64,000 bases of DNA from Chrysomallon squamiferum. Lineage: Eukaryota; Animalia; Mollusca. Positions 47,970 to 63,847 of the stretch are shown piece by piece. The notes beneath the pieces were generated by a model. It worked only from the letters and a program-made list of their open reading frames with translations. It was not told the origin of the DNA and made no database searches. The stretch spans positions 3,720,001-3,784,000 of the forward strand of contig CM022677.1 of the NCBI GenBank assembly GCA_012295275.1. Direction: 5' to 3'. A program made the position numbers and the translations under genes. How positions within the stretch are numbered: the stretch's first letter is position 1; each line of letters opens with the position of its first letter.

Positions 47970-50226
47970 AATTGCTATTACTGTTATAGCATAATTTAGT
48001 TTTTGTTATTTATTCTTAATATTATGTTTGTTATTATTTTACTAATATTATATTTTTGATTGATATTTCTGTGGCTTGTTCATAAAATACATAATAATCC
48101 GTAATTAATATATAGAGAATAATATTATTAACCTTCAATTTAACGATCTGCAATTTTCATGTAAAAACTTCTGTTTAGCAGAAGTACTAAATTAATTTAT
48201 TTCATAAATATAATTATGGATTTCTTTTAAAAATTTTAAAAATAATTATATCCATAGATGAGTGTCATTTAATATAAAAATTACCTGAATATAATTCTGA
48301 CCAAAAGATCAAAGCTTGAGCTAGGTGAAACATAAATAAAAAGAATATACCGTTTTTATTTTTATTTTTTAGGCAGTGCAGACTGCTGAAAAACTGTTAT
48401 TATTATTATTATTCATGAAGTTCTTCCATTAAATATATTATTTCTGTCAAAATTCGTTTTATGTCTGTGATATCTTTTCTGTCCAATTTCCCTTGAATTT
48501 AAAATAAGTAAATAAATAAATAAATCTCACATCGTTTATTCAAGTTTGATAAAGGTAAAATACACCTGTAGTAAATTCAGTGCTCAACATAATTAACTAT
48601 GATGTACATTTGTATATTCTTACAGAGGAAACATATCATTGTTTTTATACTGTTTTAATGAGTAAGCGTGTAAATAGCTTATGTGATTAGATGCTTTGTC
48701 AAATATAAACCTGTATACATTATATTGTTATTAATAAAATAAAACTATTCATTATTGAGTTTTGTTTAATTTGTTGCCTTCAATGAAGCCCCTATAATAA
48801 TGATGATGATGATGATAATGAGGATGATGATAGATATAAATATATTATCATAACCATTACCATCATTATTATTGTTATTTTTGGTCTCCTTAAAATTATT
48901 ATTGTTATCATCATCATTCTTCTGTTCCTCCACTTTATCATCATCATCATTACATTAAAGTCCACTTGAAGCAAAAGGTAAAGTTTAAATATATGTTAGA
49001 ATTTTATGCAAATGAAAATTAAAATTAATATAAGAACAATCTTGGTTATTTCACTGTAGGGTAAAAAAATAATTGTGTGTGTGTGTGTGTGTGTGAATAC
49101 ATCACAAAACTTTGTGACTGTATAAACTAATACAGGACTGCTTTGATATCTAATTGCAAATGGCCATTCCATTGTATATGAACTAAAAAAAAAAATAATA
49201 AACAAAGCAAAGAGAAATATGTTTATTTGGTAAATTTTATTTTATGAGAAGCCAATAATAGTGAAGAGACCTTCATAATTACATATAACTAATATACAAC
49301 AACAAACTTCAAGATACTAGTATGTATTAACTAATAAATCTATTAATTTTGTTGAATATACCTCTCTCTCTGTTCTGTGCTGTGTGTGCGTGCGTGTGTC
49401 TGTGAATTTATTAAACGTGGAATATTATTGTTCTTGTTGCTTTTTGTTGTTGGAGGAGTTGTCAGGTACTCAAAAGTGATTTTCAGTTTAGGAAATACAA
49501 GGTTGACTAACTTTTTATCCTGATTTCAGAAACAAAATATTTAAAATTGTCAGTCAAATTGTTCCAAAGTTTTGGGTTTTTTAATATTGCCATTTTGAAG
49601 AAATCTTTTTATAAGCTTGTTTCATAATATGTCATACTGTGTGTTCCAAACTCTGCTAAGAATATTTACATATAAAGTTGGCAAAATCATTCATTTGATA
49701 TTAATATATATATATATATCTTTGAAAATTCATAACTTCGTTCTATTATAAATATAATTATGTTTATTTTTTTTATTTTTTTTTTATTAATAACCAATAC
49801 ACACTTGCAGAAACATAATCAAAGATACTTCTGATATTGTGATTATTTTTGTAACATTCGTGAAATAAACATAACGATAAAGATACAAGCATCAGTAGAA
49901 ATAAGTTAAAACAGTGGGGCAGACCAAAAGATGGAGTGCTTTAGAATACCTACAGACAGACAGACTGACAGGGAGAGATTATTTAGATAGAAATATAGAC
50001 AGATTTGCAATTCATAGCCAATTGTATGTTTGTAAGGGAATATTGGTTCGTTGGTATTTAGAGTGGTAGGTATGAAGACGGCTGATAAATTACTAGAGTT
50101 TACATTAAACTGATATTTGTGGATAGGTAGATAAATATAAAATAAAAATAATAAGACAGGTAGGCAGGCAGATGTGACTGATCCGACAAATCTGATAGTT
50201 TAAGCAGTGGTTATAGTCATGTTGAG

Positions 50227-50600
<374 letters not shown>

Positions 50601-51345
50601 CAGATATTAGATTAAGAGGTCATACAATCAGATACGTAGAGAAAAGCAAAAATCTATTTTAATAATCAGCTTATTTTGTAATTTGTCTTTTTTCCTCTTT
50701 TTCCTTACTTTATTTTATTGTGTTTGTTTGTCAGTTTATTTTGTTTCATTTAATCACAAACACACAACACAACTGTTAATTTTGATACCAGATAAATATC
50801 TTTGTCTCTATTCACATAGACAGTTACTACATTTACAAACAAAAATAAAATCACATAATTGACTTGTTTGATATAATATGTCCATGGACAGCAGTTTCAT
50901 GGTGCGCTTACAAACAAGTAAATTTTCATTTCATTTCTTTTCTTTAATGTATTTACTTGATATTTCAATTATTTATTTCATTTTTTTATTATTAATATGA
51001 TTATTTTTATGATTTATTTTTGGTTTGTTCTTTTTACTTTTATTTATTTATTTATTTATTTTTAAATAATAATATTATTAAAGTTTTTCAATTTTTTCAA
51101 TTTATTTCATGATGGAATTTCCTGATTGCGTTTTAAAATAATGTCTTCAGAATTATTTGATTTCTTCTTCATCAGTAAAGAAAACCTTTACCAAAATGGT
51201 CTCGCCCAGTAAATATGTTTGTATTGTCCGGCAGTACTGCAGATCTCCGTTAAACTTTTTAGTTAGTTTGTATATAAACTTCCGGAAATAAACTCACCAC
51301 AGTTATTGACATATAACAGATGCTCAGATTAAAATAATGCTAACA

Positions 51346-51426
<81 letters not shown>

Positions 51427-53326
51427 AATAATAATAATAATAATAATCAGAAGAAGAAGAAGAAGAAGAATGAATAAATAATAAATATAAAATTAAAATA
51501 ATAAAGTTTTATACGATTTTATTCGAATTCAGTTCGGAATTGCTCTTCTTATAGCACAATAATTATTTATAACGATAATATTTTATTAGTACTAATTAAA
51601 TATACAGTTAACTACTATTATTGATTATAAACAATTATAAAAATTAAATTGCTAACAATAAATTTATTTTAAAAAAAAAAAATAAAAAAATAAAAAATAA
51701 AAATGTGATCTACTGATATTGGCTTTCAAATGTCAACTGACGTAAAACTGTTAAATGTTTTTATTTATACCCGAAATTAAATCCACTGACGTAGATCTAA
51801 ACAGACTGCGCATGTGCATGGGAGATAGTATTACACTAGTAACTTTTATTTTTCAAAATACATAATTATAGTTTATTAATTTAACTAACATTTTAAAAAT
51901 AGTTATTTACATCCATCAAAATATATATTTTATTTAAACATATGGATAAACGTTTCTGTCTGTCTGTCTAGTTGTTTTTCAAATACATTATCTGTTTTGG
52001 TTCATTAAGAAAAAGAGGAAAAAAAATAAAAGAAAAGAAATATGACAATAAAATGAATACCATGTAAATGAAAAATGAAAATAATGTAAAAGAATAAAAA
52101 CAAAATTTCACTATTCATTGAAAAAATAAAAATAAAATTAAAATGAAAGAAAATATATTTATTTCACACACACACACACACGGTGGTAATTTTAAATCCA
52201 TTTATAAGATAAAAAACCCGTAATATATTTTCTAACTGGGGTGTATTACTTTACTGTAAACAAAAAGAAAGAAATGTTTAGTAAACTTCCATTGTTTACA
52301 TAAACATGATTAGAATCTTACACCATGACCCAAGTTCCTAAAAGTAGGATTTCTTCCTGTGATGTCTGTTTTGAAGATAAATAATAATATTATTAATAAG
52401 CGAACATTTATTGTTATACAACGTTATTCTTTCTTTTATCATTCATCGTTCAAGAGTAAAACGGTCTGGTGCGAGTTGAAGACAGGTCTCGATTACGACA
52501 GTAGTTTCAATAAATAAATAAATCAATAAATAAATAAATAAATGACAACCCTTTATAAACATTTTCTGAGGCGAAGACAATATAAAAATAAACTAATTTT
52601 GTCATTCAGCTGTATCATAATAATAATTTTACATGTGATTGCGTTCGAATTGTATTGGTATGTTGATACAGTCAGCCTAAATGAATGAGATGAAAATACT
52701 TGTGAAGAACATTATAAAACATCCTTTGCTCATGTGCTAATATTAAAATAAAATGTTAAATATTAATATAATTACTATTATAGAAAATTATTATGAAGAA
52801 CATTATATCAAAACAATATTATTAAGAGCCAAAACCTTAATATAAAGTACAATATATTTAACATTATGCAAAAACATGAAGAAAATTATACTGAAATGTA
52901 CATTACTAATGTTTAATGTTAACATTATGCAAATTGTGATAATACAAACTGGTTATTATAAGGTTATAACAAAAAATGAATTTATAATAAGAAAATAATT
53001 GTGTTCTGCTAACGTTCGTTTTTAAGGTTCTGTTAATAACTATACTATATTTTCTTGGGGTGGGTTTTGTTCGTGTATTTTTTCTTTTGATTTTTTGTTT
53101 CTTTATTTTGTTGTTGTTGTTTTTTGCTTTGTTTTGTTTTTTCTGATTATAATAATAACCAGCAGTTCAAATATCTATCATTCAAACTTGTGGCAAATGA
53201 ACAAATTATTTCAGTAAAGTTTTATACAACTGTTAACATGTTATTCTTCTTGTTTCTTTGTTTATCTGTTAATTGTGACTGAAATTTAGTGTTACTGATA
53301 CCATTTATTACACAAATAAAACAGTT

Positions 53327-53526
53327 NNNNNNNNNNNNNNNNNNNNNNNNNNNNNNNNNNNNNNNNNNNNNNNNNNNNNNNNNNNNNNNNNNNNNNNNNN
53401 NNNNNNNNNNNNNNNNNNNNNNNNNNNNNNNNNNNNNNNNNNNNNNNNNNNNNNNNNNNNNNNNNNNNNNNNNNNNNNNNNNNNNNNNNNNNNNNNNNNN
53501 NNNNNNNNNNNNNNNNNNNNNNNNNN
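53327..53526. other. Assembly gap (200 N)
   Basis: Run of N. Confidence 0.99.
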
Positions 53527-55492
53527 ATGATCAGTCTCATTTTGCTAAGTGTATAATATTAAGTATGTATCAAACACTTTATTTTTGACTGAACTTTGTG
53601 TGTGTAATCAAGACCTATATACATCTGTGGTTACAGGATGTAAAAAGCTCTCCTAAAATAGAGTTCAAATTCTTTTGAATTATATTTTCTCCAAATTTGT
53701 TTTTCTTTTTCAGTTTGATCATGTTGCAAATAGGGTTTTTCCAGTAGAGCAGGTTTTGCACTGTCTTAGAATTGTCCTGTTTTTAAATGGGGCACAATCC
53801 ACTAATAAAATGTGACTCAGACTTTTCTGGGATCCAGTTTTTTAGGATGGAATTTTCTTTTTTTCTTTTAACAAGAATTCCTAACTCATCCTACTTCTTG
53901 CTGAAAATAATGTAAACAAAAATACAATTTATAAAATTTTTATGACATAATTATCTGCAATTGATAAATTTTTTGACTGATATTGTTGTCTGCAGCATAT
54001 ATTATATTATTTCAGTGTTTAAAATGTTTTAAATATTAGGAACATCCACTGAATTATTTATAATTTGAAAAATTTAATTTTAATTAGTAGATGGGTATTG
54101 AGAATGAGATAATTCTACACTGAGATGTACCCTGTTGTACCTAAAGTGAATCCAGTGACACATTTTAATAATATTATAGCAAAAATGTAGACTGCTAATT
54201 CTATAATGACTGATTCTTGCTCAAGTAGACTGTAACATTTTTAAAATAACATTTAAAAAAATATATATATCAACTCAAAAATAGTTTTGTACCAAAAAAC
54301 AAAAAAAAGCACTAAAATAAGAAAATAATTGATGTCATTTTTTTTTTTCCCCTGTTTTTTATTATTATTATTTGCATCGCTATTGTTAAAAGAGAATAAC
54401 TTGAATACATCTGTAATGTGGTGTGCGTTAAAAAGATGAAAATTATAGTGCAAACTGAAGTAAATTGTTTTAAAGGATAACAAATGGTGCGAAATGTAAA
54501 GATTTTAAAAGACAGTAAAAAAATATTTTTAATGTGATGTATGCTCAGAGATAAGAAACAATACAGACTCAGATAAATATGGTAGAGAAACATTTAAAAA
54601 ATAATAAAATGCATGATGGGATACAACAAATATAATACAGAAAGGTGCAGCATTAGTAATAATGAAATCAAGGTGAATGATGGGTAATAAAGAATGAGAT
54701 GCATTATGGGTGGTGATGAATAATAACAGTTTGAGATGCTTGTTAAAAAAAAATAAATCACTGGTGCTTTATGGATGAATGAAGATTCTGATAATGGAAA
54801 GAATAAACTGATTTTTTTTTTAATGATTAAAAGACTAGATTCATAATGGGTCTAAAATTAAAATAGTTGCTGTTTTGAATATATATGTGACTTTTTATAT
54901 TCCATATTTTCTGATAACATGCACTGTATTGTTGTTATATGTTGAGAAACATTATTTTCCATGGCACAGAGAGGTTGTTCTTTTAATATATTTTATTTAG
55001 AAAAATAACTCATGATACTAAAATTATAAAAATGTATGAATCATACCTATGCATTTGTATAAAAGTAAGTTTAAAAAAAAAGAAAAAAAATTATATATAT
55101 TTACCCCTTAGTTTTGTAATTTTAAAAACTTTATCAAACCTTTATACTGACTTATTTTGAAAAATATTTTGATTATGTATTTTGTTACACACACTCGGTT
55201 TATTTACACATTTAAAACTTTTTAATCATTAATTCAAAGGATTATCTATTTCACTTTATTGATGTGATATTATTAAAATGCATTTTATACATACACAGAT
55301 ATAGATACAGATAGATACACAATATTATAGATCATTTTACTTAATATATATTATTTAGTGGTGTACATGAAACTTCAGATTTCTTTGTAATGTCTGGTAC
55401 ATAGAATCATTAAAGAAATACTCAAATCATTTTGTATTGTTTTCTTTATATTTCTTTTATTATTTTACGTTTTTCTAATAATAATAATAATA

Positions 55493-55540
<48 letters not shown>

Positions 55541-56686
55541 TTATGTTGAATTTTGTTTATTTTTATGGTGATATTTATATATTTTTTATTATCATTATTA
55601 TTATTATTTCAAATTAGTGCCCATGATGAAGTAAGCCTATCAGATAAGCGTATTTTAAAATAATTTAATTCATCTTATTTGTTTCTAGTGAATAATAACG
55701 GATTATAAGATATCGTGCTTCGGTTAGCTCCTATGAACAATGAGTTTTTTTTTTTTTTTTTTTTTTCGTAGTGAATGAAAGAAAACACTATACCTCAAAA
55801 GAAAGACACGGTATATTACTTTTAATTTTTATTTAAGTATAATGTTGCAGTACCTCTGTCAAATCGGTGGAATTGGCTGCGATTGTAAACATTTACCCAC
55901 ATACGTAAGATAAAAAACAAACAGCATTTATTAAGTTAAATCTTTATCTAAATACATGTATCAGCAGATACTGAACTATATTTTAGTGTCAACTGAGGAT
56001 TTATTTTTCTCAGCGGATTAGAGGCAAAGTACATCCAAAAGTATTCTTGCTCCTAATTAACCCGAAGCAATGCGCTTCTGATAATTAAATGAATATGGCC
56101 CATAAAATGTCGGGAATTGGTAGTTCTTGGTGATGTCATCGGTTTATGTTGTATGCATAACGGCCATTTACTTCCCTTGTTCGTTTCTGTTACGCAAACG
56201 ACAGAGTAGGATGTACCATGTTCACGAAATTCCTCCCACGTATATCTGATTTATTATTAGATAATTCAGTAATACCTATTACAGCGTTTATCATCTGCAG
56301 TTCAGAATAAAACAAGTTTGACTAAATATTTATTCTTTTTTTTTTTTTAAATGGCTGGACATAAAAAACAAACAAAAAAAAAACATTCAGTATTAGTGTT
56401 CTTGGGGGAAAAAAAAATCAAAGAGTGACTTCCACGTAAATTTATTTTTAGCCATCATTTATTTATAATAAATGTGTAGACGCATACACGCGTAAATAAA
56501 TTACTTATAGCCATATGTGTCATAACATATTCATTAACATAACGTAACGGTAATAAATATTCATAATTTATTTGATATTCAGCAAGATCGACATTAATAC
56601 AGATATACTGAAAAGTAACATAATAAATGTGATAATCATGAAAAAAAAAGAAAAGATTCAAGTCATATAACATAGAGGTGTGTTAG

Positions 56687-56778
<92 letters not shown>

Positions 56779-57860
56779 AAAGATTATGAATCTGGAGCAG
56801 AAAATCTGTGTTTTTCAAATCGCTGAAACAAGAGTCAACACGAACAATGGAAGTCGAATCCCCTTGACCGTCCTTGTACCCACGCCTGATTCATTTACTT
56901 CTACTGGATTAAAAAATTTTATTTTCCCAGCCGGTCATGTGATTTATAAGCAGGAGGTCAGCATTGTGACCCGAGGCGTGGTTCATGAGATAAGGGGTCG
57001 GGGTTGGAAAATGAAAGAAAAATAAACATAAAATAAACATAAAATATTAGTCTTTGAACAGTTTGAATTACTAAGCCTATTTAACAATCACCAAGGATCT
57101 TCCATCTTTCTTTCAATAAAAAAGAAAGAATGGAAGAATTAAAAAGGAATATTATTATTATTTAATTAATTAATGTGTGTGTACGTCTACGTATATATGT
57201 ATCTAGTTATGTTTGTATTTTTGTATGTATATATGTATACATGTAAGTATGTCTGTATGTATGTATGCTTATAAATTATATGTATACGTATGTGTGTTGC
57301 ATATGTGTATGTGTTTATGTATTTTTGTGTGCGTGTTTGTGTGTATGTGCATATATCTGTGAGTGTATTGCATATATGTCTATGTGTATGTGTGTGTATA
57401 TGCATGTGGATTTATGTATGTGAATATATGCGTGTTTGTATACGTATGACTGTGGTGTGCATATGTAAACAAAGGAAAGTTCATAAATTAATATTTAACT
57501 GATTCCACGGTGGTATGAATTGACTGCACCTAAATCATTATTTTTATATAATTTAAATTAAAATATTTAAATAAACCATTTGTCTTAAGAATATTTTGTT
57601 TTCTTTTTAAAAAAAAATTTTTTGTTTAAATGTCAAGTACTGATCTTATCAAACTGTTTGAATGAAAAAGATAGAATTGTCCTTTTGGATGATAAGCGCC
57701 CCGCTTGACTGGGTTTGTCTAAACAAGCATGACTGTCTTATCTTTGTATACCTGCACACGTTGATTACAACAACAAACGTTGTTATAAACATTTTACAAG
57801 ATACTGACAGCTGATCAAACATTGTTCCCTATGTACATATGGGAGAGAGGGTTACAGAGT

Positions 57861-57934
<74 letters not shown>

Positions 57935-58995
57935 CAATCGATGAAGATAGAAATAAAATAATTTATAACAAACAGAAAAAGGACGTAAGAAAAGAAACAA
58001 AGAAATAGCCTATATAAAAACAAAAGTAACAGTTGTTTTCTCAATGTTTGTTTTACGTTATATAGGCTACCAGTTATATACGAATAAAAAACATCAGTAA
58101 TAGAAATTTATACGAAGATACAAATTCTACTTCAAAATACTTAGCTACATTTAGTAAATATTATAAAGCACTATCACATAACACCACGCGCAAACAAACG
58201 CGCGCGCGCGCAAACATCAGAAGAAATGAGACAATATAATTCACGCACTTTGTATAATTTATACACATCTTTCGTTTTATCGTGATTTCAAAAGACTGTT
58301 TCAAATTGAAGTGGGAGATGGAACGCGCGGTTACAAATTCCCTGTCACGTTTTGTTCTAATGTTTAACCTGACAATGTGAGTCATGTATTAATCATTTAT
58401 TTTGCATTATTCATATGGTAAATAAAAGATAAAGGAACAACACAAACACTAACACGATAATCAGTGATTTAATGGAGCAAATCCACGACTTCAGAAAATG
58501 GGATGCTGTAATTGAATATATATGTTTCAAGTTATAATAAATTTCTAGTATAAATTAAAAAATAAAATATTGGTCTAATAATAATAATAATAATAACAAA
58601 TAACTAAATAAATAAATATATACATATAAAGAGATAAATAAATAAATAAATAAAATAAAATAAAATAAAATAAAATAAAATAAAATAAAACAAAGACAAA
58701 AAAACGTACCGTTGCAAGAACGTTTTTCACAGATGCATTTTGGCGTTTGATTATGATTGTGGAATGTTGGCATTTTTCTTATCCCAGGACGCTGTAACAT
58801 TCACATTCATTTCTGAGAGGACTGCTTGATGCAGCCGTGGCATGTTTTGAAAGATTCGTAAGAAAACATAAAATTGTTTATACTGTCATCAGATATTAGT
58901 AATATGAAGAGTAAACGACCGAGAGGTCAGTTTTGAAAAACAGAAAATGTCGACGTGATTGATGTAGTACACTGTGTCGTTGTCAGTGGATGTTG

Positions 58996-58999
<4 letters not shown>

Positions 59000-59082
<83 letters not shown>

Positions 59083-59350
59083 TTTATATATATATAGATA
59101 GACAGACGGACAGTCAGATACACACACATTTAAATATAGCACATACAAACATACATATATTAATGCATTCATACATAAATACATACATATATCAGACACA
59201 CAAACACATACATACACACAAACACATGCATTCGAATACACAAATACACACACATACATACTACATACATACATACAAACATACAAACATACATACATAC
59301 ATACATACAAACATACATACATACATACATACATACATACAAACATACAT

Positions 59351-59381
<31 letters not shown>

Positions 59382-59540
59382 TACATACAAACATACATAC
59401 ATACATACATACATACAAACATAACATACATACATACACACACACACACACACGCATACACATACACATACACACACATACATACATACATACATACATA
59501 CAAACATACATACATACATACATATATATACATACACACA
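59000..59540. repeat. Compound (AG)n / (CATA)n / (CA)n microsatellite
   Basis: Directly visible. Confidence 0.93.
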
Positions 59541-60805
59541 TCTGACGGGGTTTGTGAGGTCGTGACTGGACTTTGTCCTCCTGTGACAGTGCGTTCCCGA
59601 ATATTGTGTCTTACCAGAGTCTAATCAGATGTACATAAGAGAGAAAATTTCCAGTCCTAAAATACAGATATGCATACATACATACACACAGGTTAGTCAG
59701 TACCATCCTCTAACTAATAAGAAAGTTTGACTGTAACAGGTAGTAAGAGTATTTACAGTAGTGGTAGTAGCAGCATCATAGGACTAATTGTAATAGTAGT
59801 AACAGTATCAGCACCACCATTACTACTAGTTGTATCTGTTGTTGTAATTATTCTAGTAATAGTGGTAGCAGAAGCTGTAGAAGCAGTAGTAATAGTGGTG
59901 TAACAAAAGAAGAAAAACGACATACACACCTTATCACAAAAAAAGAAAAAAAAGACGAAAAAAAAAAAAAAAAAAGACATTCAACAAAAGAAAAACAAAA
60001 CCAGAGCGACTATATTATTCTAATGATACATTACGCTCAGTCTGTCAGGAATTGTTTCACATTTAAACTTGAGAGGCGGGACGACGTTCGGGCGTTACCT
60101 GTTTGAATAAGGACGCTGACTGCATTGCAGCTATGCAGGGCTTCGTTTGTCGTTATCATTTTTTTTTTTTTTTACTGAGCCGTAGTGGGACGAACGTTCG
60201 ATAAACTATCGCATTTCGTTTGGGAGAACGACATTATCGGCAGAGACAGCAGGTGGAATTGCTTTGTCTGCACTGAATGTCCCGAACCAGCCACAAACAA
60301 CCGACAGATTTTGGAACGAAGCTAACATTATGTAATATAAGCAGACGTAATACTTATTATACGACGCGATAAAATTTCGTTGCGCTGGAAACCAGGGTGT
60401 GTTTGGGTGTTTTTTTAAGTGGTTTAGAGATTTACCCCTAAGAGACATGGGTTCGCTCGGTCGTGGTGATGTCATTTCATTTACCTGGATGTTCAAGTGA
60501 TACGGGTTTTCGTTAACCTTTGAAATTTAAACGTTTATAAAATGTGTATCCTGTTCTGACTGAGCTGGGGTTTTTTTTATGCCAACGCCTATGGATTAAA
60601 CTATATGATGTCATTTGTGTTTCGCAATTCAAAAGTTTAAATAATATATATATATATATAGAGAGAGAGATATCTTGAGCTATTAATTAATAGATTTAGT
60701 AGTAATAAGAAGAAACCACGTTCTGTTTATAGTGCTTTATCAACAGTTTAACTCAATTTGGATTTTTTTACCTTAAGGATACATTTTTGAGAAACCGTCA
60801 CCAAA

Positions 60806-60878
60806 ATGTCTTGGAATGTTTCTGTGGTGTTATTATGTATTGGCATAATTGTACTGATGTTAGACTGTACAGCAGCTG
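60806..60878 (+). CDS. Signal-peptide first coding exon of an unidentified secreted or membrane protein
   Basis: CAAAATG Kozak-like start, MSWNVSVVLLCIGIIVLMLDCTAA+G, GTAAGT donor in phase 1; upstream acceptor TTTTTTTACCTTAAG ends at 60777. Confidence 0.7.
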
Positions 60879-61388
60879 GTAAGTAAATTTAGTTATATTA
60901 TTATTGTAAATTGAGTTTCGGTAGTACCTGCTAATGAAATAAGCTATGGAACCTTATTTACTTTATTTTTATTTTATTTAATTTAATTTTATTTAATTTT
61001 TTTTTTTTTTTTTTTTTTAAAAGACTCACTCTGTTTGTAAGTCTGTCACCGTTTCTGTCTCTCACTGCTTCCCCCCCTCCTCCTTTCTCTAATTATTTTC
61101 TAATTTTAAAAAAAAATCTTTATCTTCAGTTTGGATCTCTGTTTAATTTTTACGATGTTGGAATTTTATCTTCAATTTTATGAAGGCTTTTAACGATTGT
61201 CTGTGAAATATTATTCTTTCTATTTGAAATATTTTGTTTACGATCACAAACAATGCCACAAAACAACTGGCAATCAATATAAAATACACTTTATTTACGA
61301 ATCGAGGGACAGTTTTAAGGCGCGGCCAATATTATGTTCCAGATGAGTGTGTGTGTTTTTGTGTGATCTGTGCATCTGTATTGTATAT

Positions 61389-61650
61389 GTGAGTGCACGT
61401 GTGTTCTAAGGCGTGGCCAATATACTGTTCTGGATGAGTGTGTCTGGCGTGACTACGTGTGTATGTGTGAGTACGCATATTTTGTGCGTGAGTGTGTGTG
61501 TGTGTGTGTGAGTGTGAGTGTGAGTGTGAGTGCACGTGTGTTCTAAGGCATGGCCAATATACTGTTCTGGATGAGTGTGTCTGGCGTGACTACGTGTGTA
61601 TGTGTGAGTACGCATATTTTGTGCGTGAGTGTGTGTGTGTGTGTGTGTGT
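61389..61650. repeat. Tandem duplication of ~137 bp (plus a diverged partial copy at ~61313-61355)
   Basis: GTGAGTGCACGTGTGTTCTAAGGCRTGGCCAATATACTG... occurs at 61389 and 61526. Confidence 0.9.
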
Positions 61651-61840
61651 GAGTTTCTACATCTGTGTCTCTGAGTACGTGTATTTGTGAGCATCTGATT
61701 TTACGGTACACTGTAAATATTATTCCACCATTTAATAAAAGAAGGAAACAAAATTTCCATAAAAAAGGAAAATATTCGGAAATGAATCAATTTCCAATAA
61801 CAAATAAATACACTTTTAAGTGATATGAGTAAATGATCTG

Positions 61841-61903
<63 letters not shown>

Positions 61904-61944
61904 CTGATTCAGACTATAAAACGAATCTTAATTATTCAATTTTG

Positions 61945-62200
61945 AATGTTTCCAGCCTGGTATATATTTACCTGCCTGGTATATGCGTACCTGCCTGGTA
62001 TATGTTTCCAGCCTGGTATATGTTTACCTGCCTGGTATATGTTTACCTGCCTGGTATATGTTTCCAGCCTGGTATATGTTTACCTGCCAGGTATATGTTT
62101 ACCTGCCTGGTATATGTTTCCAGCCTGGTATATGTTTACCTGCCTGGTATATGTTTCCAGCCTGGTATATGTTTACCTGCCTGGTAAATGCGTACCTGCC
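61945..62200. repeat. 18/19-bp minisatellite (CCWGCCTGGTATATGTTT[A])
   Basis: Direct tandem units; a single inverted unit at ~62561-62582. Confidence 0.92.
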
Positions 62201-62383
62201 TGTGGGGATATCTCTTGTTATTTATCTAGTCTATAAGATAAATTTCCATACTGTTTATCTCATGATTTATGTCTGATAAACAATTTTGTGAAATTCAGAA
62301 AGACAGATACATGATTAATGATTCATCTCATATCTGATAAACGTACAATAAACCATTCCTTATGAGGCAGATTTAGTTCAATA

Positions 62384-62427
<44 letters not shown>

Positions 62428-62620
62428 AATGCAAGACTACTGGTTAGAACTGGAAAAGACAAAGCAGTGTAACTTAATAAATGAGTAAATACTGATTTTA
62501 AAAAACTGCATATGAAATTACCGATAAGCATTCAGGGCTCAATAACATATATATATATAAACATATACCAGGCAGGAAACATAAAAAAATTAATAATAAT
62601 AGATTTATTTTATACTCTGA

Positions 62621-62664
<44 letters not shown>

Positions 62665-63802
62665 TAACAGATGGTGTACAGTTTGTCTGTCACACAGTTT
62701 ATGAAATATGCAGATCGTGGACTCTCATACTGCTTATCGCGTATCCTTCCTATACAAAAAGAAAAGCTTGTCGTCTGATCTGTTATCGCTTTACACCCAT
62801 GTTTTTACACGATATCGCGCTCTGATCTGAAGGGCAGTCAGTGAGCAGTATATTTTATACAGTGGTAAGGATATGCAAGCATATATTATATTATGCTTGA
62901 ATTTTTTTTATTTCCAGCAAAATGTTAATATCTTTTTTTTTTCATACTGTTTTTAAATATATATATATATATATATATTTGTTTTACATGAAGTCGTGTA
63001 TTCAAGCACGTAATATGTATATGTATATATATATATATATTAGTATCAATTTTTAAATTTATTTCTTGAAACTCAAAATATAGTAGATTTTTTCCGATTA
63101 GCAACAAGGAATCTGTAAGATGTACCTTCCCACAGGCAGGAAAACATTTATCGTTTTTTATTTTTTTATTTTATATAAACCAGTAAATGGACAGCGTTTA
63201 GAACAGGAAACATTTAAGAGAATTGCTTCCATAAAGTATTTAGACTAGTATTTCCATTCAGTGAATTACAGCTTCTCATCTGGGTTTGGCTAAATTTTAT
63301 CATTCTTGCATCAGAGTATTTTAAAATAATTTTGTCAGCAGCGAAACCTATACCAGCGGTTTATTGTCACAACCGCAATGTAAAATATCATAGACAGATA
63401 AGGCTGCTGTAATTTCAGCTAGCTATACAGGAGTCTAAATGATACGAGATATTAAAATATTAAAACAGATGTTTGGATTATTATCTTACCACCGAGTGTT
63501 TACTTTATGAGGTTAAAGTCTGAAATGAAGATGGTTAAATGTCATAACGCTTATCAGTTTTCTACTTTTCTCTGTTTGACTCGGGAAACAGTAACAAATG
63601 AAAATGGGTATAACAAGATGATGTCAAAAGATGTAAACAATCCTCAGTAATAATAATAACTGTCATCGTGATTTCTAAATTAAGCAAACCGTCTTTCATT
63701 ATCTGACTGTGTAGCCCCATTGTAGTCTGTTGGATTGACGACTTGTTTGATGTCAAGCTGATACAGGAACTTTCGTATTTAAGTATACTTCTTTTCCATA
63801 TC

Positions 63803-63847
<45 letters not shown>

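Noticed and set aside
49100-49900. Two putative small minus-strand exons giving a ~48-aa peptide
   Set aside because: Weak splice signals and within chance expectation for AT-rich DNA
53620-53901. Protein-like minus-strand segment next to the gap (KPALLEKPYLQHDQTEKEKQIWRKY...)
   Set aside because: Stops in all frames from the putative acceptor and no recognisable family; needs blastx
60206-60496. 96-aa minus-strand ORF in a CpG-richer segment
   Set aside because: Non-ATG start, no domain features; more likely regulatory DNA upstream of the 60806 exon
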